DNA from: a virus
Length of the DNA stretch: 64,000 bases
Reading direction: 5' to 3' (one strand)
IMG/VR virus record: IMGVR_UViG_3300010885_026047
Coordinates: 32,001 to 96,000 of that record
The position numbers and the translations under genes are program-made. Position 1 is the stretch's first letter. Each line of letters begins with the position of its first letter. The notes beneath the pieces were generated by a model. The model was not told where the DNA came from, ran no database searches, and saw only the letters and a list, made by a program, of their open reading frames with translations. Below, piece after piece: positions 1 to 9,600 of the stretch.

Positions 1-47
1 AGTAATTTCTTCATGGACTGGTATATAATAGCACTACGAATGTACGA

Positions 48-536
48 CTATTCTTTCATGTAACCTATAGTTTGATCGATTAATTGTTGAGTCATTCCTT
101 CTGATTTGTAGTACCACTTATCTAGTAGAGAGATGCACTTCTTCTGTACATATTCTAGTGTCCAGTTTTGTTTGTACCCTTCTCGGAACCCATCTATCCC
201 CTTTGCTAGACTCAACATACCGAATGCCATCATACTAACTCCATGTTCATCTTCACTCATTTCACTATTGGCTTCTAGTTGTTCTGATATATCGTATCCA
301 TTCTTGTATAACCACACTAGCAGTTTTGTATTATCGAAATGGAGAACGGCATTATCTTGTCCATTGTGATATCGTATACCTATAATGGATCTACCGGAGA
401 GCATTAATTGTTGCCTACCTTGTTCATCTATGACCATATCATGTGATATACCAGTATAGTAGTAATTTTTTCCTGGATACACATACTCTAGTGCCTCTTC
501 GCATTCTTCTTTTGTTATTTCTCGTATATTCTTCAT
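48..536 (-). CDS. hypothetical protein
   Basis: 162-aa ORF in the minus-strand gene run; AAT/ATT-rich, unlike the core genome. Confidence 0.7.
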   Translation of the reverse strand: MKNIREITKEECEEALEYVYPGKNYYYTGISHDMVIDEQGRQQLMLSGRSIIGIRYHNGQDNAVLHFDNTKLLVWLYKNGYDISEQLEANSEMSEDEHGVSMMAFGMLSLAKGIDGFREGYKQNWTLEYVQKKCISLLDKWYYKSEGMTQQLIDQTIGYMKE

Positions 537-627
537 ATCTATATGGTTTTCATATTACTATCACGTATTGCCCTATATGCCTGTTCATTCATTGGTCCTC
601 CCTGGGATGCAATTTTCTTACCTATGT

Positions 628-1089
628 TCATTGTATGTTCTCTTTGATTTTTCCATAATGCATTATCAGTACAGCATCTGCAGTATCCAGTGTCAGTTTG
701 CTGCCGGGATATAGTTGTTGTGCTCGTGCTTTCAGGTGGTTCTTCCACTCACTCTTCGTTCTGGTACCTCTGGTGCCCATTCCTAGCTCTTTCTGCCACT
801 TCTGGGGTGTAACTGCTTCTGTAGGTATTTTCAGTGCCAGTAGTGCCATTTCTAGATGTCCATAACCTTTTCCGAAGTTGAACATCGGACTACCTCCCAT
901 ACCCGGCATACCTCCTACTTTCTCCAGGTAGCATTTGCTGTTGTATTCCCATCCTCGTAGTAGTTCCAGTACATCCTGTGCAGTTTCTGGCATCTTGTGT
1001 ATGATTATCTCTCCATAGTCAGTCCATACTACTATAGCACCTGCTCCTCCCGGATCTATTCCTATGATATTCTTTCTAATACTTTCCAT
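628..1089 (-). CDS. RuvC-like Holliday junction resolvase
   Basis: N-terminal IIGIDPG, central E, FGKGYG, V.PQKWQK and C-terminal ADAVLI motifs of phage RuvC-like RNase H-fold nucleases. Confidence 0.85.
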   Translation of the reverse strand: MESIRKNIIGIDPGGAGAIVVWTDYGEIIIHKMPETAQDVLELLRGWEYNSKCYLEKVGGMPGMGGSPMFNFGKGYGHLEMALLALKIPTEAVTPQKWQKELGMGTRGTRTKSEWKNHLKARAQQLYPGSKLTLDTADAVLIMHYGKIKENIQ

Positions 1090-1248
1090 CTTTTCCTATT
1101 TTGTGTATTGCGTCTATATAGCCTTGTAATGTGCTCGCATCTTCTACTGGTAATTCTATATCTGATGCAGCTACTATACTCATCCATTTATAGTGCATGT
1201 TTATTGCTATTTGCCTGAGTATTTCAATATCTTCCATCTATCTGTAGT

Positions 1249-1527
1249 TTATTCTTCTCTGTACATATGTGACTGTATATCTATACCTCCATCTGGGAAG
1301 TACTTTGATCCTATTGTATGGAGATTGTTCAGTTTATTGTCTATCAGCTTCTGTGCTTTGTCTGTCCATATGAGGGACCACTCTTCCGGATCATTTTCTC
1401 CTGCTGATCTGGTCATACCTTCTTCCTTTTCCAGTCTCTCACAGAACTCTGTCAGCATCTCACTGAGAGCCTCTGACATTTCATCTTCATCTGCTATTTC
1501 TTCGTTTTCCAGTTCTTCTACTATCAT
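1249..1527 (-). CDS. acidic hypothetical protein
   Basis: 92-aa Glu/Asp-rich ORF with ATGA overlap to its upstream neighbour. Confidence 0.65.
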   Translation of the reverse strand: MIVEELENEEIADEDEMSEALSEMLTEFCERLEKEEGMTRSAGENDPEEWSLIWTDKAQKLIDNKLNNLHTIGSKYFPDGGIDIQSHMYREE

Positions 1528-1763
1528 ATCTGTTCTTTTTCTGCTATGGAATCTTCGAGATCTACCTGTTTCACCTTCACTACTTTCTTTGGAAGTTGTT
1601 CTTTGTACCTGACTGAGAGTAACCCTACTATCTGTAGAGCTACTTCAGTTAAGTCTGTTGCCCATCTCCCTTCTTCGTACTCTTTCAAAACATCGTAGAT
1701 AACCCTGTTGATACCTTCTTTCTTTAACAGAGCTATCTGTTTACGTAACTGGTTTGGTGTCAT
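1524..1763 (-). CDS. hypothetical protein
   Basis: 79-aa ORF, translationally coupled on both sides. Confidence 0.65.
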   Translation of the reverse strand: MTPNQLRKQIALLKKEGINRVIYDVLKEYEEGRWATDLTEVALQIVGLLSVRYKEQLPKKVVKVKQVDLEDSIAEKEQI

Positions 1764-2074
1764 ATCGCTCTTTCTAGGTCTTTTATCACTCTATCTATCA
1801 TCTCTTCAGCAACTTGTGCATTTGCACCCTCTACGTCTGAGAGATCTATCTGTTTCAGGTCATAGATAGAGTCCCTAACCTCTCGTTTCAGATCTTCTAT
1901 CTCTTCTTCTAGTGTTTCTACTTTATCTACAGCACCTTTTACATCATCAGCCTCACTCTGGAGATCTTCCACTGCTTCTTTGAACCTATCCCAGTCACCA
2001 AACTTGTACTTGTAGTTTTCTGGTATGTATATCTCAAACTGCCTGAAGTACTCTTGTATCGTATCTCTGTTCAT
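1760..2074 (-). CDS. coiled-coil hypothetical protein
   Basis: start moved to ATG at 2074 (ATGA overlap); acidic heptad pattern. Confidence 0.65.
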   Translation of the reverse strand: MNRDTIQEYFRQFEIYIPENYKYKFGDWDRFKEAVEDLQSEADDVKGAVDKVETLEEEIEDLKREVRDSIYDLKQIDLSDVEGANAQVAEEMIDRVIKDLERAI

Positions 2075-2733
2075 ATAGTTGCCATTTCTGCGTGTGAATA
2101 TTTTGGTAGTTTCTCGTACTCTTCCTGGGATTTCTGGCACATATAGTCTACCATTCTCTTTGCCTCTTCTATGACTCCACTCTTGTCTGGATCACCATAG
2201 AACCCCGAACATGCCTCACCAGTATCATTACCATCTGCAGTCTCTATATCATACCCATACACGTTACCAATCAGCCAGTCATCATAGGTTTCTACTTCAC
2301 CCTCCATGTATAGTGCTGCTTTTTCTGGTGCCCATCCCTCCTTCTCTATTGTTTTCTTCGTGCAGTATATCCACCCTACCTGACCACTATCCCATGGACA
2401 TCCGAACTTTCCTGTACTCATCGTGATACCACTGTGATCATATAGGTATAGGGGCAGTATCACAGTTCCTTGTTCCTCTATCATCCGTATACAATCTTCT
2501 CTGCTGAACTTGTAGTCATCTACATCAGTATCTATATTGGCTACCTGTTCTAGCCACTCATCTGGATCACACTTTGGCTGTTCATCTCCGAGAGTGTATT
2601 TCCTGTGCCAGCATGTCATAATCGGTTCCTCACCTTTGCACTTCCATGACCTCGGATTTTGCGCAGTATCATCTTGTACTATCTCGATGCTGTATCCCTT
2701 GTATTCTATTGTATCTGCTATATATCTGCTCAT
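2071..2733 (-). CDS. conserved phage/ICE-type protein of unknown function
   Basis: LPLYLYDHSGITMST...CPWDSGQVGWIY motif, which I recall from early genes of mobile elements. Confidence 0.7.
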   Translation of the reverse strand: MSRYIADTIEYKGYSIEIVQDDTAQNPRSWKCKGEEPIMTCWHRKYTLGDEQPKCDPDEWLEQVANIDTDVDDYKFSREDCIRMIEEQGTVILPLYLYDHSGITMSTGKFGCPWDSGQVGWIYCTKKTIEKEGWAPEKAALYMEGEVETYDDWLIGNVYGYDIETADGNDTGEACSGFYGDPDKSGVIEEAKRMVDYMCQKSQEEYEKLPKYSHAEMATI

Positions 2734-2734
2734 A

Positions 2735-3082
2735 CTACTGTTGTTTATCTAGTTGCTCATTGATATATCGTATCATATCCTCGGCTCTGTCGAATGACCC
2801 TACCCCTGTACCGTCTTCTGCATATCCCATATCGAACACCTTCCCATTGTACTTGGCCAATATTTGCTGATTTGCGTGAGTATCTTCTATCTGATAGTCT
2901 AACCACCACCAGTCACTGATATTATCCATCCAGTTTCTTGCATATGGAACTCGGGTATTCTGTATCAACTGATACTTGCCCATTCTATAGAACGATCTCT
3001 GATATTTCGTACCGGCTACTGACCATTCTATCTGGTCATATGCCTCTATCTGATCTAGTTCTTCTATTGTATACTGGCTCAT
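2735..3082 (-). CDS. hypothetical protein
   Basis: 115-aa ORF in the gene run. Confidence 0.65.
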   Translation of the reverse strand: MSQYTIEELDQIEAYDQIEWSVAGTKYQRSFYRMGKYQLIQNTRVPYARNWMDNISDWWWLDYQIEDTHANQQILAKYNGKVFDMGYAEDGTGVGSFDRAEDMIRYINEQLDKQQ

Positions 3083-3150
3083 ACCTTCTCTTTTTCCAGT
3101 AACTCTATAATCTCTGTATATGTCCTCACACGTTCCCTAGTTCTCATTCT

Positions 3151-3501
3151 CTACAGGTTGTCCCTCCATTCTTGGAGAGTTGTCAATAATACCGGCTGTG
3201 GTGCATCATCATCTCCCTGGTAGACCATCATCTCTCCATCTTCATAGAGAACTATCTTGGCTACAGTATACTCGTTTTCAGGCCAGTGTATCTGGTCAAA
3301 CTTCCTGTCTCCATCTCGAAACTGCTCTATATCATCTTCTACGTCTGCTATGATCTCCAGTTGCGCTAACCTTTCTGTCTCAAAAACCTGTGGGAGAGTT
3401 TCTTCTCCTTCACCTGTTCTCCAGACAAGTTCTGTACCACTTATCGTGTTTGTAAGTACGCAGTAGCCTTGTAGCTTTATACCTTTACTTTCTGTGCTCA
3501 T
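3151..3501 (-). CDS. hypothetical protein
   Basis: ATG at 3501 overlaps the upstream stop. Confidence 0.65.
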   Translation of the reverse strand: MSTESKGIKLQGYCVLTNTISGTELVWRTGEGEETLPQVFETERLAQLEIIADVEDDIEQFRDGDRKFDQIHWPENEYTVAKIVLYEDGEMMVYQGDDDAPQPVLLTTLQEWRDNL

Positions 3502-3674
3502 TTTCTTTTCAGTTTGTTGTAAACAATGTCGATACACAACAGAGACTTCTTAAACCCTTCCATATCTGTTATACCATGTAGAGCTGCCCAGTTCCTAAGT
3601 TCTCTACGTGTATCCATATTTCTTAACTCTGCTATGTTTAACCCTACACGTATCGTTATCTCTTGCTTTGTCAT
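3498..3674 (-). CDS. small hypothetical protein
   Basis: ATG at 3674, coupled to the downstream gene. Confidence 0.55.
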   Translation of the reverse strand: MTKQEITIRVGLNIAELRNMDTRRELRNWAALHGITDMEGFKKSLLCIDIVYNKLKRK

Positions 3675-3690
3675 ATATAAGTTTTTAACA

Positions 3691-5265
3691 TCAGAACGGA
3701 AGATCATCGAACCACATAATAGTTTGGTTGTTGTTATCCTTTAGTATTTTATCAGCTTTCTTAAAAGCCCCCTCTGAGTCCCAGTTAGTGTTGTTATAAC
3801 TTGCAGAAGCCGGGTGTTTTAGTGGTATACAGTAGTGTTGCATTGGGTTTATATAACTTATAGACCTTTGAGCTTCTTCTCCGAGAAAGAAAATGACTAC
3901 ACCTGACATATACTTGTTAACTATCTCTTCCCAAAAGTACTGGTTAAAGTCCTTCCATAAAAGTTGGTTTGATAGAGGTTTCCCTTCTTCTACAGTTAGA
4001 GCTACGTTATAGCATAAAACCCCCTGACTAGCTAACCACTTCATGTCACCATAAGAGTTGTTTTGTTTGTGCATACTACTCCCATATACTCTCTGTAGTT
4101 CATCATACCATTGCTGTAAACTAGGCTGTACACCTTTAGTGTTTTTAGTGTAACTACAAGACATACATAAGCCATCAGCGATAGGTTTTCCGTTCTCAAA
4201 AGTATGATATGGACACATTCCCGCTAGTATAACACGTACTTTTTCAGGAGGCGTTTCTTTGAAAGCTCTGAAAACATCAGAACTTGCCGGAGCTATGTTT
4301 ATCTTTCTTGCAGATCTATTTTTTAGAACTTTAAATATGTTATCAAAACTATCTGACTCTATAAATGGTTTAAATAGCCTAACCCACTCTTTTCCCATCT
4401 GACTTTCTACAGCTTCTATCTTCATTTGTTGTTTAGTTTTATACTTATATACATACCCTTTGTTACTCTTTGGTTTATACTTTCCTCTACACCATAAAGC
4501 CATAGTTATAGGATGAACTTTTGCATCTATAGCTGCTTCATTTTTACTATAAAAGCTACATATAAGGTTTCCATCAAGATCATACTTTTCTATCTCTAAC
4601 CTGCCTCCATTTTCTGATGTTCTCCTAGCATGTTCTGCATCATGCTTCATACCTCTTCTTTTAGCAGCACCCCTTTCTACTTGTTTTTTTGTTAGGGGTT
4701 TTCTCTTTTTCAGACCTTCTGATATTGCTATACTATGCTCTACTGATCTCTTTTTTCCTTTTAGTCTTTCACTGTTAGCCTTTTTCCACTCTTCAGTATG
4801 TTTTCTACCCTTTGTAAAACCTACACCGTTTCTACTTTCTAACACTTTTTTCCAAGACTCAGACTGACGTTTTCTTATCTCTGGTGATCTCTTCTTTCCA
4901 GTGTTAAAAACTCTTAACTTTTCTTTGGTTTCCTCTGATACAGAAGGAGCATCTCTGTGTGGATGAGTGGGTTCTATGTTATAACCACGCTCTCTGTTAT
5001 GTACATCAAGTAGTGTAGCCCAGTAATGTTCTTCGCTGAACAGGTGCTCTATATCACACTCAACTAGAAGTTCAAAAACAAAATTATCTATACCATACCT
5101 ATTAACTGCGTACTGTAGATGATCGTTTCCATGTACTTTTCTTACTAACTGAGATTTATGGTGCCTTAAACGACTTTTTACATAAGTTGCTTTACCTACA
5201 TATATTTTGTTATCTACAAGGTTAGTTATAGTGTATATCCCGCTTGTATCTTTTCTAGTGTGCAT
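3691..5265 (-). CDS. GIY-YIG homing endonuclease (NUMOD3/NUMOD1-type repeats) fused in frame to a family-1-like uracil-DNA glycosylase
   Basis: GIY..N.VDNKIYVG, R..HH, E, GYN motifs and HTEEWK-type repeats; from an internal ATG at 4425 the UNG motifs VFRAF, GMCPYH (for GQDPYH), GLCMS, QGVL..N.ALTV and HPAS. Confidence 0.85.
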   Translation of the reverse strand: MHTRKDTSGIYTITNLVDNKIYVGKATYVKSRLRHHKSQLVRKVHGNDHLQYAVNRYGIDNFVFELLVECDIEHLFSEEHYWATLLDVHNRERGYNIEPTHPHRDAPSVSEETKEKLRVFNTGKKRSPEIRKRQSESWKKVLESRNGVGFTKGRKHTEEWKKANSERLKGKKRSVEHSIAISEGLKKRKPLTKKQVERGAAKRRGMKHDAEHARRTSENGGRLEIEKYDLDGNLICSFYSKNEAAIDAKVHPITMALWCRGKYKPKSNKGYVYKYKTKQQMKIEAVESQMGKEWVRLFKPFIESDSFDNIFKVLKNRSARKINIAPASSDVFRAFKETPPEKVRVILAGMCPYHTFENGKPIADGLCMSCSYTKNTKGVQPSLQQWYDELQRVYGSSMHKQNNSYGDMKWLASQGVLCYNVALTVEEGKPLSNQLLWKDFNQYFWEEIVNKYMSGVVIFFLGEEAQRSISYINPMQHYCIPLKHPASASYNNTNWDSEGAFKKADKILKDNNNQTIMWFDDLPF

Positions 5266-5420
5266 AACAGTAAGTCCCCAGCATATAGGTGCAGCTACAT
5301 ACCAGTCGAGAGTGGACGTATCCTATATGTGGGGAGTTTCTGTAGTTAGTAAATGTCATAAAACTGGTAATAGCTGCAGTGCTAAGGTACTACTTTTCTG
5401 TCAACTTTCCAAACTTTATC
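5266..5420 (-). promoter_or_regulatory. Bacteroidota-type promoter plus structured attenuator-like leader
   Basis: -7 element TACCTTAG (5382-5389) with TTTG upstream; two interleaved inverted repeats, 5275-5289/5322-5335 and 5290-5306/5363-5378. Confidence 0.6.
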
Positions 5421-5457
5421 CACTTACCGAACTGTTTCTCTATCTGAGGTGTTACTG

Positions 5458-5658
5458 TCATATCTTTTGTATCTGATAGTTTATGTCTTCAGGGGCTATC
5501 CTGTTTCCCCTGTTGTCTTTGTAGTATCCTTGCACTTTCCGGAACATCTCTCGCATCTCTTCTATTCTCTCTGTTACTTTCTTCTTACTTGTGTAAGTTC
5601 TGCAGAAGTCACACGGTATGTTGTCTGTACCGTTCCATATCCTGTACTTATAACTCAT
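5458..5658 (-). CDS. small hypothetical protein
   Basis: ATG at 5658 after an A-rich leader. Confidence 0.55.
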   Translation of the reverse strand: MSYKYRIWNGTDNIPCDFCRTYTSKKKVTERIEEMREMFRKVQGYYKDNRGNRIAPEDINYQIQKI

Positions 5659-5716
5659 ATCTGTTTGTTTTAAACTAACCACAAAACAGGAAGAGCTATG
5701 TCCTCCTGTTGCTTGT

Positions 5717-6406
5717 TTACCTTTGTTGTTTATACCTTTCCATGATCTGTACTACTGTTCTTGCCCAGTCAGAGCACTTGAACCATAGTTCACGCTCTTC
5801 TGCAGAAGTTGTGGGTAGATAGCTTTCTAACAGGAACTGTTTAGCAGTTACTGGTTGTCCGGGCATGATGTTTCTCCTTAACATAGCTGAGGGCATCAAT
5901 CTTTCGTAACCACTATCAGGTATAGCTGTCTTCTTGTACATCTTTCTGCAGAGTTCATCGGCATACTCGTTCCACCTCTTTCCTGCATGTCCTTCTGTCC
6001 ACATGTACTGTATGTGTGGGTTACAGCTTACGGCATCTTTCAACTTCTCCAGCAGATCACCGTTCTTGTTGGCTTCTTTACCCTTCTTAGCCATGATACT
6101 CTTATACACATACTGGCTATCTGTGTAGATAACCACCTGTTCCTGTGTAGTACTGTAGTCCAGTTCGAGATACTTTATAGCGTTTAACACACCCATGATC
6201 TCCATCCTGTTGTTAGTAGTACTTCTGAAGTGCTCTCCGTGTTCGTACAGGGCTTGTTCAGACTCCGTTATCACAAACGAGTACGTACCCGCACCTCCAG
6301 GGTTACGCATACAGCTACCATCTGTCCATACTCTCAGACAGGGTTTGTTTGGGTTAACCAGCACTTGTTTTGGCTCCCATTTCTTCTTGTTCTTTGTTAT
6401 CTGCAT
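5717..6406 (-). CDS. rnhA: ribonuclease HI
   Basis: WTDGSC..NPG, TTNNRMEI, YTDSQY, W..GHAG..WNEYADEL; all four catalytic acidic residues present. Confidence 0.95.
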   Translation of the reverse strand: MQITKNKKKWEPKQVLVNPNKPCLRVWTDGSCMRNPGGAGTYSFVITESEQALYEHGEHFRSTTNNRMEIMGVLNAIKYLELDYSTTQEQVVIYTDSQYVYKSIMAKKGKEANKNGDLLEKLKDAVSCNPHIQYMWTEGHAGKRWNEYADELCRKMYKKTAIPDSGYERLMPSAMLRRNIMPGQPVTAKQFLLESYLPTTSAEERELWFKCSDWARTVVQIMERYKQQR

Positions 6407-6419
6407 ACTTTCGTTTTAA

Positions 6420-6690
6420 CACTCATGCTTTGGTAACCTTCAGGAAGTTTGAGGGACAGACAAGCCCCCTACCCCCTGTTTTTCTGTCCTTTGGGAACTT
6501 GCCTCTCACCTGTACTTTTTTTGCTATACTTGCTCAGTATAACCCCCTATCAGCCATCGGTGCAGGTTCACACAAGCTTAGAAAGTGAGTGCCTGACTAT
6601 CTGAGAGTTTCATGGTGACATACATCACCCTCACATGTTTACTGTTTACGCTCTGTGAAGTAGCACCAGACTATCTACAATGAGAAAACC
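6420..6690 (-). ncRNA. putative structured RNA with a GGGGGUAGGGGG tract
   Basis: interval without a convincing ORF; several hairpins and a G5-TA-G5 tract at 6465-6476. Confidence 0.4.
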
Positions 6691-6860
6691 CCCATCTGAT
6701 GGAGACCCGGAAAGGTTATCAGTGGAGGAATTCCGGAGCACTTGTCTCCATCGTTTTTACCTTTATGTGTTTAAACTTGTACTCTCTATTGGGAACTTTC
6801 CGGGTCTCCTATAGTAACACAAAGGTACTATACCCATTTTTACTTTCCAATAGTTTTATC
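6685..6860 (-). promoter_or_regulatory. Bacteroidota-type promoter plus attenuator-like leader
   Basis: -7 element TACCTTTG (6820-6827); perfect 14-bp inverted repeat 6701-6714/6796-6809 competing with a terminator-like hairpin plus U tract. Confidence 0.6.
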
Positions 6861-6875
6861 ACATATTTCTTCTAC

Positions 6876-7625
6876 TTATGCAAGTTCCAGTTCTAACTTA
6901 CCGTACACGTTCTTCCGTACATCAGACAGGTTTAACTTGTTACTGATATACGTGTGTAACTTCAGGTGGTTCTTGATGTAGTTACCTGCATAACTCTCTT
7001 TGATCGCTTCTGTGGACCAGTTGTACAGGCTCCAGGCAGTTTTCTCACTGAAGACTTCGCTGTACCACATCTCTCTGCGTATGATCTCCAGTTGTGTGCT
7101 GTTTATCAGCTTTTCGTTCATATACATATCTCCTACAAGAGCAGCTATAGTCTGTTTAGACAGTTCCCGCTGCTTCATAGCCTCTTTTTCTGCTACCAGT
7201 TGTACATAACTTGTTTCTGCTTCTTCTATCACGTTAACCATCTGCTGACGGAGTTCCTGTAGAGCGTTTCCTGTGTGCTTTCTCTTGTACATGTTCTGTC
7301 CATGGCTATATGCCCCGTTAGAACAAACAAGCATGAGCATACCGCCATAGATACCCGCTTTCATCGTCTTGTTGTAGCTGTTGTGGAAACCTATAGCTAT
7401 CTGGCTCTCTTCTTCTACGTTGCTGATGATCCCATACTCCCCGGTTAGGATATGTCCGTTACTGGCAGAGAGATACTTCTTGCTACCTATAACCATGTTT
7501 TTCTTATCTAACTGTTCCTGTAGTTCTTCGATAAACACGTTATGTGGTATAACTGCGTATCTTCCCTCATATGTTGGCAGGTCTATACTCTGTAGAAACT
7601 GCTCGTTGTCTGTCCACTGTTTCAT
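6876..7625 (-). CDS. DUF932-like protein
   Basis: NSYNK....IYGG....VCSNG...KRKHTG and TAWSLYN..TE motifs. Confidence 0.7.
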   Translation of the reverse strand: MKQWTDNEQFLQSIDLPTYEGRYAVIPHNVFIEELQEQLDKKNMVIGSKKYLSASNGHILTGEYGIISNVEEESQIAIGFHNSYNKTMKAGIYGGMLMLVCSNGAYSHGQNMYKRKHTGNALQELRQQMVNVIEEAETSYVQLVAEKEAMKQRELSKQTIAALVGDMYMNEKLINSTQLEIIRREMWYSEVFSEKTAWSLYNWSTEAIKESYAGNYIKNHLKLHTYISNKLNLSDVRKNVYGKLELELA

Positions 7626-7645
7626 AACTTTTGTTGTTTTTGTTT

Positions 7646-7921
7646 TTACTTTACACTTATAACCCTGAAGTAGGCACACTCATACTTAACCATCAGGTCT
7701 TCTATCTCTGATATAGTCCCTTCCCACATCTCTTTACCCATCAACCTTTCTGTATCTGCTCTGATAGTTTCCGGGCTGTACATATGTTCCTGCAGGTCTG
7801 ACGTATCCATGTACTCATACGGTTCGTGCATCTCTAACCAAGACAACATATCTGTTGGTAACTGGTTACTGGAGATGTTCAAACAACTCACTTTGATATC
7901 ATCTGTATCTACTTGTATCAT
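7646..7921 (-). CDS. hypothetical protein
   Basis: coupled 91-aa ORF. Confidence 0.6.
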   Translation of the reverse strand: MIQVDTDDIKVSCLNISSNQLPTDMLSWLEMHEPYEYMDTSDLQEHMYSPETIRADTERLMGKEMWEGTISEIEDLMVKYECAYFRVISVK

Positions 7922-8109
7922 ATCTCTGTAGTTTTATAGTCATCTATATCTACTATCTCACAGTTAGCTTGACACTTTATACACCACTGGTCGTCCTGAT
8001 CAGCTTCCCCTATACCATCACACTCTCCGGTGTTACAGTTTCTCCAAACCCGTTCCTGAACCTCTTTACTCCCACACTGGGAACATACCCATATAGTCTT
8101 ATCTATCAT
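7918..8109 (-). CDS. small zinc-ribbon protein
   Basis: CSQC...WCIKC cysteine pairs. Confidence 0.65.
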   Translation of the reverse strand: MIDKTIWVCSQCGSKEVQERVWRNCNTGECDGIGEADQDDQWCIKCQANCEIVDIDDYKTTEI

Positions 8110-8369
8110 AAACCTTGTTCTTTTATCAGTTTGAAGATCTCATCTGCTGGTAGTTCTAACTGTTCTTCGTTGTCCAGGTAGAAGTCTACAGTCATACCTC
8201 GTTCTCTTGCATCTGCTTTAACTCTCTCACTACCACTTTTCTTGTCCTTCTCCAACACACTCTGTAGAGCTATAACACTTACAGTTACGTCTCCAGTTTC
8301 TGCAGAGTAGATATCTCTCACGGGATAACTCTTACCTTTGTACTTTATCGTTCTGACTAAGTTGCTCAT
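8106..8369 (-). CDS. hypothetical protein
   Basis: coupled 87-aa ORF. Confidence 0.6.
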   Translation of the reverse strand: MSNLVRTIKYKGKSYPVRDIYSAETGDVTVSVIALQSVLEKDKKSGSERVKADARERGMTVDFYLDNEEQLELPADEIFKLIKEQGL

Positions 8370-8608
8370 AGCATCTCTTTTACTTTTTCTATAGACTCTC
8401 TATCTACGTGGATACTTTCTTTCTCATCTACTTCATACCATGTGAGAGACACTTGTTGTTGTCCACCATACTCTCTTTTGTCTATCATGATCTGGGCTTT
8501 TAAAGCACACTGATCTACTATATCTTCAGACCATCGCTTTAACGAGTTATAAGTAGCATACCAGTCTTTATCTTCTACTTCGTTTGTTATCTCTGTTACT
8601 GTCTTCAT
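8366..8608 (-). CDS. hypothetical protein
   Basis: coupled 80-aa ORF. Confidence 0.6.
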   Translation of the reverse strand: MKTVTEITNEVEDKDWYATYNSLKRWSEDIVDQCALKAQIMIDKREYGGQQQVSLTWYEVDEKESIHVDRESIEKVKEML

Positions 8609-9600
8609 ATCACTTGCTTTTCCTGTAAAAAACTCTTTATGTTCTCAGCATGTCCATCTAACTTATACCAGTCGCTCCAGTCCTTAACCCCTTTCTCCAG
8701 TAGATATCTTGGTGTGTTTACGTATTTGTAACCATAGCTGTCACATATCTTCTTGCAGTTACGAACACCAGTATCATCTGCGTCAAAAGAAACTCGTATA
8801 TCCTTACCTTCCAACCGTTTTATCAGATCTGGTGTTATACCTGAAGTTCCTTCGTTCTGACTGTTGATAACCCATATATCTTCAGGTAACAAGTTGGACA
8901 ACGTGAGACGATCCTTACGGCTTTTTGTCAACACAACTTTTGGGTGACCGTTCAGACCTTCCAGGTTCTCTATCTTGCTGCAAGAAACGTTTGTCTTCCA
9001 CCTACCTTCCTGACGTGTTCTATCTGGCATGTACATCTTGAAAAGGTCTCCCTCAAACCTATACGCAAACACGTTTTCCCCTGACTTTATCTCTTGTCTT
9101 TTCCTGTTGAGAAACCACTCTGAGACGTTGTGTATATCCTCTTTCTGCAGTTGTTGTTGGTCTATCCCATACGCTTCCCAGTACTGTAGAGCTTTCTTTG
9201 TCCACTTAGCTGCTGTAACGTGTATCAGTGTGTCTTGTTTCTCTATAACCGGCTGTTGGTAGCTACTGACTATCTTGTTATACTGCAGACCATCTGCTAC
9301 CAGTAGACCAAAGTCCTGTGCTATCTTCTGAAGAGCTTGCGGATAGGTTAGACCGTACATCTTCTGTACCATATCTACAGGACCTCCTTTCTCATCAGTG
9401 CTATAGTCTCTCCAGTATAACCTTCCTGAAGTACTTGTACCTACCGAAAACGAAGGAGAACGATCACGTCTGAAAGGGCTTTTCATAACCGTGTTTAGCC
9501 GGAACTCCTGCAGGTACATGTGATATATATCAAACTCACTTAACTTACTGCTAACCAATTCCTTCAGGTCCGGTTTGGGACTTGCTACTTTTATCGTCAT
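8605..9600 (-). CDS. DnaG-type primase (crAss-like)
   Basis: SPFR.D..PSF N-terminal domain, TKS.KD, TOPRIM FDADDTG and KDWSD motifs. Confidence 0.85.
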   Translation of the reverse strand: MTIKVASPKPDLKELVSSKLSEFDIYHMYLQEFRLNTVMKSPFRRDRSPSFSVGTSTSGRLYWRDYSTDEKGGPVDMVQKMYGLTYPQALQKIAQDFGLLVADGLQYNKIVSSYQQPVIEKQDTLIHVTAAKWTKKALQYWEAYGIDQQQLQKEDIHNVSEWFLNRKRQEIKSGENVFAYRFEGDLFKMYMPDRTRQEGRWKTNVSCSKIENLEGLNGHPKVVLTKSRKDRLTLSNLLPEDIWVINSQNEGTSGITPDLIKRLEGKDIRVSFDADDTGVRNCKKICDSYGYKYVNTPRYLLEKGVKDWSDWYKLDGHAENIKSFLQEKQVI

